64,000 nucleotides of DNA. It comes from a virus. The position numbers and the translations under genes are program-made. Positions 47,333-54,453 of this stretch are shown here, in pieces (within the stretch, counting starts at the first letter, position 1; each line of letters starts with the position of its first letter). Location: the IMG/VR virus record IMGVR_UViG_3300024258_000005. One strand, written 5' to 3'. The notes beneath the pieces were generated by a model. The model worked only from the letters and a program-made list of their open reading frames with translations. It was not told the origin of the DNA and made no database searches.

Positions 47333-47637
47333 ATGATTCCTTTAAAATATTTATATAAATATTAATTCCGAGTCTAGAGGAGAAATTACTTTCCCTTATT
47401 CGCTGGAGACATTATATCTTCCGTTTAGCTACAAATGATATCCTGCAGTAGATAAATCATTCGCTTATTAATATTTATATAAATATTTTGATTATAACTT
47501 ATAAACCCGTTTAAACACATACATGCAATGACTTTTTTTCCACTAGCAGTCAACATGGCATCCTTGAAATTATCTTGGATTCCTGTAGGATCGAACTACT
47601 TTCTTTTTAGACAAGTATGGGTTTAAATGTATTTATA

Positions 47638-47714
47638 TGGAGAGACTGACGAGGTTTGAACTCGCGATATCCATCGTGAAAGGATGGTGGCTTAACCAAT
47701 TCGCCTACAGTCTC
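47638..47714 (-). tRNA. tRNA-Glu(TTC), CCA encoded
   Basis: Cloverleaf GAGACTG..GGCG-AATTGGTTAA-GCC..CCATC-CTTTCAC-GATGG..GCGAG-TTCAAAC-CTCGT-CAGTCTC-T-CCA. Confidence 0.92.
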
Positions 47715-47844
47715 ATAATTTCTATATAGAGCATTTTTAATTATGCAGTCCTACCAACTATTTGAATCTAATTGGTTCGAGTAAAAGTTTATAAAAGCAA
47801 TTTTTATATATTATTAAATTTTTTATGCTGTGAACTCAATATAT

Positions 47845-48423
47845 TCATATATTCATATTTCTTTTATTTCTTGCTCGCCTACTAATAACCGATGCATCCC
47901 AACTCCGTAATTTTAAATCTTTTAATATTGAACCTTCTTCACCAACAAGACTTTCTGGAATCTCAACAAAATTTCTATTCTTTAAAAATTTTCTGAGATT
48001 CCAGATTATTGGTTGATTTAAAAGTATATCATAAGAGTCTATTAGTTCTGAAAAATCATAATTAACAGTAGCAATCATAAAACCATTTGAGTATTTAATC
48101 ATCAATGGATTATTTGTGTCAAAAGTATATATTGCTAAATCAGCATCTAATAATGAACCTAATTCAGACAAAGGTAATATAGATTCATAATCAACATCAA
48201 TATAAATTCCACCATAATCATGTAATATTTTAAGTCTTAATATATCAACAATAAATGCTTTAGAAATATTGCTAGGAATATTATCTAAATTGTATTGTTC
48301 TAAAGCTTCATTTCCCCAAAGTTTATATTTAAATTCTGGATTCATTTGTTTAAGTTCAATAGTTTTTTGATATAGTTCCTTAGGAATTTCATCACCAATC
48401 CATATCTGATGAATTAGTTGCAT
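47845..48423 (-). CDS. Glycosyltransferase, DXD / GT32 (Och1-like)
   Basis: IHQIWIG, NPEFKYKLW, DILRLKILHDYGGIYIDVD. Confidence 0.85.
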   Translation of the reverse strand: MQLIHQIWIGDEIPKELYQKTIELKQMNPEFKYKLWGNEALEQYNLDNIPSNISKAFIVDILRLKILHDYGGIYIDVDYESILPLSELGSLLDADLAIYTFDTNNPLMIKYSNGFMIATVNYDFSELIDSYDILLNQPIIWNLRKFLKNRNFVEIPESLVGEEGSILKDLKLRSWDASVISRRARNKRNMNI

Positions 48424-48963
48424 CTAGTTTGAAACATTACTATCAACATTGTGAAAATCAGCAAATAATAAATTTTGAATAGTTTTTTGAGATTTGATAA
48501 TAACTTCTGCTGGAGCAGCTACACTAAACCATGGCCCATTAAAATAACCAGCAGCATATGCCATAGCTACGATATCAAAATCAAAGCCTAAAGTGTCTCC
48601 TGTTCTAGTTACATCAATACGAATTCTAACATCAGCCTCATAAACATTGCTACTGCCTTCATAGTCAGTATATGCAAAAGTTGATGCTTGTACAAAATTT
48701 ACTGTCCAATTATCTTGGAAGTCACTTGGAATAGGAACACTTAAAGCTATAGGTGTTGTAAAATCATTAAATAGATTCGCTTCAGGATCATCAAGTTTCG
48801 GACTTAATAACATTTGAACATTCAAATATTTATTCTCTGTAAAATCGTGAGGTATGCTTATTGTAGCACCATTAAATAAATAATGGCCGCCTTCTAAATC
48901 TTTAAAATTTTGATCCCTTTCAACATGTGTTAAAGGTGTACCCTTCGTTTCGCGTAAGTTCAT
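48424..48963 (-). CDS. Short fibre/appendage protein, paralogous N-terminus to 23164..23694
   Basis: LRETKGTPLTHVERDQNFKDL anchor motif. Confidence 0.55.
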   Translation of the reverse strand: MNLRETKGTPLTHVERDQNFKDLEGGHYLFNGATISIPHDFTENKYLNVQMLLSPKLDDPEANLFNDFTTPIALSVPIPSDFQDNWTVNFVQASTFAYTDYEGSSNVYEADVRIRIDVTRTGDTLGFDFDIVAMAYAAGYFNGPWFSVAAPAEVIIKSQKTIQNLLFADFHNVDSNVSN

Positions 48964-49205
48964 TTATAATCCTTAATTTAATATGATTATTTGTTATAAG
49001 AAAGTATCCTATGCTACTCATTTAGCATAGCTGGATACTTTCTTATAACAAACATTAACCCCCATGTACCATCATAAGAGTTGCCCCCATTCAAATGTTT
49101 TAGTACCAGAAATGATTCCGATACGTCCAATTGAATTTGTAGCAACCTTACTTGATAAATCTGCCATTATTTCAGCAGATTCATTTATATCAACCAAGTG
49201 CATAA

Positions 49206-49517
49206 TTATGCACCAATAAGCTTACCTGATTTAGAAAGACTAAATGCTAGTTTCTTACGAGCTGGTTTTGCTGCATGATCTGCAATTCCACCAGTTAGTG
49301 AATTCTTAACGCCTGTACGAGCAGGTACTGCTTTTACATCATTACATTTAAATGTTCCAACTTTTCCGAATGAACACTTACCATTTGCCATAGCAGTATC
49401 AACTACTAAACTTGTATACGTATCAATTGCTTTACGCGCTGTACGATCGATTTCCGCTGCTGAACCTTCATAGCCCATACGAGTTGCAAATTCTACAATT
49501 ACTTCTTTTTCTGTCAT
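49206..49517 (-). CDS. HU/IHF-like DNA-binding protein
   Basis: GKCSFGKVGTFK...PARTG.N..TG......PARKKLAF..SK matches the HU beta-arm pattern. Confidence 0.85.
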   Translation of the reverse strand: MTEKEVIVEFATRMGYEGSAAEIDRTARKAIDTYTSLVVDTAMANGKCSFGKVGTFKCNDVKAVPARTGVKNSLTGGIADHAAKPARKKLAFSLSKSGKLIGA

Positions 49518-49543
49518 TTTTAATTCCTTAAAATTTTTTTAGT

Positions 49544-49820
49544 CTGAGTTTCCTCAAATGTTATTCTTTAAGAATAACATTTCAAAAAACATATATTCCT
49601 GGTAAGAGAGGACCAGGAATATAATACTCTATTTAAATAGAGGAAGAAATTTGATGACCAATCAAATTTCTTTTAACAAAGGAGTCTCAGTACAAAAATG
49701 TACTGTATGAGCAAAAACACATAACACAGGAGCCACAAAATACAAGGAGAAAAACATTTCATTATTTGCACTGAGCTTGTACCTAAGTACTATCAGTAGT
49801 CGCGAAAAACGACTGCTGTA
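49544..49820 (-). ncRNA. Candidate structured RNA / long 5' leader upstream of HU
   Basis: Six consecutive near-perfect hairpins, four of them enclosed by a closing stem (49544-49554 with 49680-49690); no ORF; promoter motif at 49874-49888 oriented into it. Confidence 0.45.
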
Positions 49821-50070
49821 TACTCTTCATTAAGAATATAAAGCAATTGTCTTATCTATGTTATTTACTTATAATTTCTATGATAACTATTTTTATCTTT
49901 TAAGATAAAAATAGTTATTTTTAAAATTATTTTAAATATGTTTATTATATTAATAATTTCTATGGTAACTATTTATTAGCGAGAAAGATCGTTTACACTA
50001 TTCTAATAGAGTAATTTTCATAGCTATATAACTACCAAGTAAACACCTATTATATTATACCTTTAAGTGT

Positions 50071-50532
50071 TTAAGGTAAAATTAACTCTAAATGTGGAAG
50101 ATCGTCAAATTTTTGATCAGTATAAGTATCATCACCATCCCAATCTAAACCAAATCTAACTATATGTGTTGTAAGACCTTCTTCAAGAAGCTTAACACTA
50201 ATAGCTTTAACCATACCCATCATTGTATAAAATCTGCGATTATCTTTTTCGTTATTTGAAAAAGCATTTGTGCCTTTTTTATATGGCATAATGTCTACTG
50301 CCATTGAAATACCATCAGTACTTTGATGTTTACTTAATTTATTAATACCATCAAGTTTTGAACGACCTTCTTTAAATAACTCTTGTTGTCTATCAGTAGT
50401 TCTTAGCCCTTCAAGCACACTAAAATCGTAAAATTTTATTAATTCATTTAAAATCATTTGAATATCACTATGACACGTTTCTAGTGCATCTAAACTTTTT
50501 CTTCCAAAATTATACAAGACTTCCTCCTTCAT
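50071..50532 (-). CDS. Endolysin, L-Ala-D-Glu peptidase (M15C)
   Basis: FGRKSLDALETCH, EGLRTTDRQQELF, SKH...AVDI, RFG.DWD, DLPHLEL. The true start may be TTG 50517 after AGGAGG. Confidence 0.88.
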   Translation of the reverse strand: MKEEVLYNFGRKSLDALETCHSDIQMILNELIKFYDFSVLEGLRTTDRQQELFKEGRSKLDGINKLSKHQSTDGISMAVDIMPYKKGTNAFSNNEKDNRRFYTMMGMVKAISVKLLEEGLTTHIVRFGLDWDGDDTYTDQKFDDLPHLELILP

Positions 50533-50616
50533 TAATACATATTACACCATCTATCTTTTTCATTTTATATCCTTATTTTAATATATGTAGATATATTTGT
50601 TCACATGAAACCAAAC

Positions 50617-50648
50617 ACAAGAATAGAATAGCTAAGCTATTCTATTAG
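50617..50648 (-). terminator. Hairpin + TTCTTGT terminator-like element
   Basis: aatagaatagc-taa-gctattctatt overlapping the MBL stop. Confidence 0.6.
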
Positions 50649-51428
50649 ACCTAAATTAAATTCTTGACCTCTACGAACAATACCAGCAAAGCCAGCTTCT
50701 TCCGCTAAGGTTTCATATTCCCAAATATGTTTATCATTTAAAGCATAGTGGTATAACCACATTTTAGCTTTAACTTCATCTGGTAACTCTTTAAGTTCAT
50801 GAAATTGCGTATGAACTGAACCAAGATACTCTGCAAATTCACAATCATGAAAAATTATAGTACTTGTTTCATATTGTGTAAAACTCTCAGGTAATTTACA
50901 ATCACCAGATATGAATACACTATGTTCATTGTATTCCCATGATAAACCAAAACTTGGTACATCATTTTCACCATTATTTACATGAGTAGACAATTCAGGC
51001 GAGAATTCAATTCCTTCAAAAAAGAAGATACCATTATCAGTATGAGAAGTTATATCAAAATAATTTGATAATTCCATCTTTTGACCATGAATTGCTCCAA
51101 GACCACCTTTCCAAGTACATTCCCAACCATTTTTAATGATATCATCATGTGCTATCATTCTAGGTTTGTGTTGACCAAATGGAAAACCATCAAAGTATGT
51201 TTTAAACGCTACAAATTCAACACCACCGGCATGATCAGCATGCAAATGACTAATATAAATATCAGTAATATCTTGCAATGAAACACTATTAAAAAGCAAT
51301 GCATCATTAATAGTAGTTCCACAATCATAAAGAAGATTTGATGTACCTTCTGAAATTAAAATATTACTTTGAAAATTCTCTTCATGATTTACAAAAGCAC
51401 TACCACTTCCTAAAAATTTAATTTTCAT
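50637..51428 (-). CDS. Metallo-beta-lactamase-fold hydrolase, Apyc1-like cyclic nucleotide phosphodiesterase
   Basis: Start reassigned to ATG 51428 (MKIKFLGSGSAF); DCG, SHLHADHAGG.E..AF, SGD, IFHDC, VH...EL..LP..VK.KMWLYHY. Confidence 0.8.
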   Translation of the reverse strand: MKIKFLGSGSAFVNHEENFQSNILISEGTSNLLYDCGTTINDALLFNSVSLQDITDIYISHLHADHAGGVEFVAFKTYFDGFPFGQHKPRMIAHDDIIKNGWECTWKGGLGAIHGQKMELSNYFDITSHTDNGIFFFEGIEFSPELSTHVNNGENDVPSFGLSWEYNEHSVFISGDCKLPESFTQYETSTIIFHDCEFAEYLGSVHTQFHELKELPDEVKAKMWLYHYALNDKHIWEYETLAEEAGFAGIVRRGQEFNLGLIE

Positions 51429-51429
51429 A

Positions 51430-51861
51430 TTACCAACTTGCGAATCCACCAGCAGCAGGAGCAGCAGGAGCAGTCGTTGATGCAGATTTAGTCGTTGATG
51501 ATTGAACCGGTTCAGCAGCAGGAGATACTGAAATATCAACAGCAGTTATTAAATCTTCTGTTTCCGGCGTAAGTGTTTTAAAATCAGGTTTAAGCATAAA
51601 CTCTTTATAAATATTAGTCTTAGCAAATAATTTAATTCCAAGATTTACAATACTTTCTGCATGTAATCCACTTGCTTCTGTAAGAATCTTAAATGCTTCA
51701 TTATCAAGACTTAGCGTGATTTGAGTTGCTGTTTCATTTCCCGCTGTTGTTGTCATTGCCGCTTCATTACTATATTGCTGAGGTTGCTGAGGCTGCTGAG
51801 GTTGAGGAGCCACATAAGGTGGCTGCTGAGGAGTCGAGGCTCCTAAATTATTAATATCCAT
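51430..51861 (-). CDS. Possible ribbon-helix-helix adaptor (ParR-like) with Pro/Gln-rich tails
   Basis: Core TQITLSLDNEAFKILTEASGLHAESIVNLGIKLF has an alternating beta strand + two helices; low-complexity flanks; downstream of the ParM-like gene. Confidence 0.4.
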   Translation of the reverse strand: MDINNLGASTPQQPPYVAPQPQQPQQPQQYSNEAAMTTTAGNETATQITLSLDNEAFKILTEASGLHAESIVNLGIKLFAKTNIYKEFMLKPDFKTLTPETEDLITAVDISVSPAAEPVQSSTTKSASTTAPAAPAAGGFASW

Positions 51862-52556
51862 TCTAATTCCTTATCTATTTTTTGATCATATCTAATTCTA
51901 TATAATTTTATATTATTGTCTATACAATATTGAGTTTTAATTTTATCTCGAATTTTAATTTTTTCAAATTCAAGTAAACCACCAAATTTTGAGGATGGTT
52001 TAAAATGTTGAATACCATCATATTCTATACAAATATTTAATTCTGGTAAATAAAAATCAAAAGGCAATTTTCTTTTAGTGTTTAAATTACAACAATCTTT
52101 AAATTTATACTGAATTAAATAATCTATCTTTAATTCATCTAATTTTTTTATTATTGCTAACTCACCTTTAGATGAACTACATTTTGTGCAGCCACATGAT
52201 TGTATATGATTTTTTGGTTTTTGAAGAAATTCACCATGAATAGGACATATAATAATAACATTAATTGTGCCTTTTAAATATATAGTTTTTGAATAATTGT
52301 ATTTATTATTATGAATAATATTGCTTTTAATGATAAACTCCTCAGTTGTTAATACACCACCACATTTTGGACATCCGCATTTTCTATTAATATGTACAGT
52401 TGGTTTTTGGAGAAATTCACCGTGTATTTTACAAATTATTATACTTTTTATATGTGCGGATTTGTATATAAATTTTGTATAATCATATACATAATTATGT
52501 ATATGATTTGCTTTATTTATAACATCTTCTTGTTTTAACGTATTTTTGTTAGCCAA
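51843..52556 (-). CDS. Homing endonuclease-like protein (ICxIHGEF repeats + DUF559-like nuclease)
   Basis: Paralogous to 36328..37233; SKGE...KLPFDFYLPELNICIEYDGIQHF; TTG start lies inside a 28-bp direct repeat. Confidence 0.8.
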   Translation of the reverse strand: MANKNTLKQEDVINKANHIHNYVYDYTKFIYKSAHIKSIIICKIHGEFLQKPTVHINRKCGCPKCGGVLTTEEFIIKSNIIHNNKYNYSKTIYLKGTINVIIICPIHGEFLQKPKNHIQSCGCTKCSSSKGELAIIKKLDELKIDYLIQYKFKDCCNLNTKRKLPFDFYLPELNICIEYDGIQHFKPSSKFGGLLEFEKIKIRDKIKTQYCIDNNIKLYRIRYDQKIDKELEWILII

Positions 52557-52568
52557 TTAAAGAGTACC
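52541..52568. repeat. 28-bp direct repeat, copy 1
   Basis: tatttttgttagccaattaaagagtacc, identical to 53540-53567. Confidence 0.95.
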
Positions 52569-52582
52569 ATAATTTTTAATAT

Positions 52583-53464
52583 TCATTTTAATTCCTTATC
52601 TATGATCATATCCAATTCTAATATATCTATATTAAATATTTCAGTATTTCCAAAACTTTTTTGAAATACTTTATCATCTGTTAAATATTTTTTATATTTT
52701 TTTAGTATTTTCTGTTCTTCTTCGTACGCATATTGACCGATAATAAAATGAGTTTCTTCTACAATACGAATTCTTTTTCTTTTTTCATCTCTGAATCTGT
52801 GTCTAACATCATTATTTGTTATTCCAATTTTATAATATTTTTCATCTATGCATATATAGTAAAGAATTGCATGTTTATTCTGATCAAAACCATGTTTATT
52901 CACTTTAAATTTTATATTCAAATCTCTAATTTTTTTATTAGCTGTTGTTTGATTACAATTAAAAAACTCTTTGAACGCTTGTACATTAAAAAATAAAGTA
53001 TCTTTGTCTATAAATTTATTATTGATAAATTTTTTATTATAAAATTTATCAATATTTGTAATATGATCTAAACTTTTATTATTATCAATTGCAAACTTTC
53101 TAAATTCTTTTGTATTCATATAACTTGATGTTCCATACTTTTTCATCATTGTTTTCTGACCATTTTTAATAGCTGATGGCGTAGCGCATTTTTTCCCACA
53201 GTAATTTGACCATTTATATGATGATCTATAAAATTTTTTTTGATTATTACAATTCTTTTCACAACATTTAAAATCTAACATGTTATCTTTAACACTTTTT
53301 ATTCGAGTGGATAAATCAGAAGCTTCATCTAAAACCTGTATATAATCTTTTGTTAATTCATATACATATTTTATAGCTTTTTTTACTTCTTCTGATTTAT
53401 TGTTTCTAAGTCCTTTTAACATTGTACCATTTTCATAAAATAAACATTTTATATTTTTATCCAT
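52583..53464 (-). CDS. Homing endonuclease-like protein, GIY-YIG/T5orf172-type
   Basis: Paralogous to 24648..25664; ILYYI...YYKIGITNNDVRHRF...EEQKIL...FGNTEIF. Confidence 0.75.
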   Translation of the reverse strand: MDKNIKCLFYENGTMLKGLRNNKSEEVKKAIKYVYELTKDYIQVLDEASDLSTRIKSVKDNMLDFKCCEKNCNNQKKFYRSSYKWSNYCGKKCATPSAIKNGQKTMMKKYGTSSYMNTKEFRKFAIDNNKSLDHITNIDKFYNKKFINNKFIDKDTLFFNVQAFKEFFNCNQTTANKKIRDLNIKFKVNKHGFDQNKHAILYYICIDEKYYKIGITNNDVRHRFRDEKRKRIRIVEETHFIIGQYAYEEEQKILKKYKKYLTDDKVFQKSFGNTEIFNIDILELDMIIDKELK

Positions 53465-53539
53465 ATTCTTTTTCCCTATAGCTATTTATTAATAGCCTAA
53501 AAGATTAAGTCATTATAAACTAATATTAAATTACAAAAC

Positions 53540-53567
53540 TATTTTTGTTAGCCAATTAAAGAGTACC
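53540..53567. repeat. 28-bp direct repeat, copy 2
   Basis: Contains the ParM stop codon (GYSLIG*). Confidence 0.95.
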
Positions 53568-54453
53568 CGTATACGTTACTGAATTCCTTCGGATCTGAAT
53601 TATATACAGTGTTTGGTGGCATTGGAACATCTTGAATATAATAAGCTCCTCCTCCAGCAATTAAAACTTTCTCAGCCATCATTAAAGTTTTCTTTTCTGA
53701 AACAAGTACCGAATTCATAAGTTTTTGTACAAATTTATTTTTTAAATCCGCAATTACTTTAGGGATATCTTCTTGTGGTGTTCCACCTAAAGAAAATTCT
53801 TTATCCATGAAAATTTTTAAAGCTTCTTGCTCTGAAAACGGCATACCATAAGCACTTTCCAAATAATTAGAGAAAGTTTTCATAATTGAAACAACGCCAT
53901 GTCCAGGAAACCCTTTCATTTTAGTTTGAATAGCTTCACCTCTTTCATAATAAAGAAAGTTAATTGTTCTATAACCAATATCAATAACACATAAAGATTT
54001 TGGTGGAGTTTGAGTTAATTCATTTTGAACAATATAAGCATTATATGCACCTGAACCTTGAGGTCCAACAACATTAACACCAGTAGCTACTGTTTCATTA
54101 TTAACTTTTAAGAAATTTAAACGTTCTTTAAATTCTTCGCGCTTAGACCAATCAGTTAAAGCTAGACCAGTATTTAAAGAAATATCTCCAGTAATTCCAA
54201 GCTTCTTAAAAATATGGAATACAATTAATGGAGCAAATTTAATTAGGAACTTGTAATCGGTTGTTGTGAAAGCCTCATCCGTAGCCAGTTCACCAACATA
54301 GTATTTTTCACCTTCAAAGTCATAAATAGCAGACTCACCAAATTCGATACCACAGTCATTAGCAAAGCTAATAGCAGTTGGTACTTTATAATATTGTGAA
54401 TTGAACATAATTTTACTTGAACTATATCCAATATCGATTGAAATTTTATTCAT
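53548..54453 (-). CDS. ParM/StbA-like actin-family ATPase
   Basis: Phosphate-1 IDIGYSSSK, YYVGE.A, V.PQG.GA, phosphate-2 VIDIGYRT.N, adenosine IAGGGA, P.EFSNVYGY. Confidence 0.88.
   Translation of the reverse strand: MNKISIDIGYSSSKIMFNSQYYKVPTAISFANDCGIEFGESAIYDFEGEKYYVGELATDEAFTTTDYKFLIKFAPLIVFHIFKKLGITGDISLNTGLALTDWSKREEFKERLNFLKVNNETVATGVNVVGPQGSGAYNAYIVQNELTQTPPKSLCVIDIGYRTINFLYYERGEAIQTKMKGFPGHGVVSIMKTFSNYLESAYGMPFSEQEALKIFMDKEFSLGGTPQEDIPKVIADLKNKFVQKLMNSVLVSEKKTLMMAEKVLIAGGGAYYIQDVPMPPNTVYNSDPKEFSNVYGYSLIG

Noticed and set aside
47735-47800. Second tRNA upstream of tRNA-Glu (ggttcgagt motif)
   Set aside because: No acceptor or anticodon stems could be formed on either strand.
49040-49203. 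Short ORF MHLVDINESAE... downstream of HU
   Set aside because: Only 43 aa with an uncertain end (possible G-run indel) and no recognisable motif; cannot be supported as a gene.
49680-49760. CsrA-binding sRNA (GGA motifs on the plus strand)
   Set aside because: The nearby promoter motifs point to minus-strand transcription and the GGAs are mostly not in hairpin loops.
51429-51539. N-terminal extension of the MBL ORF as given in the track
   Set aside because: It overlaps the upstream gene in another frame; the family-typical start MKIKFLGSGSAF at 51428 follows the upstream stop directly.
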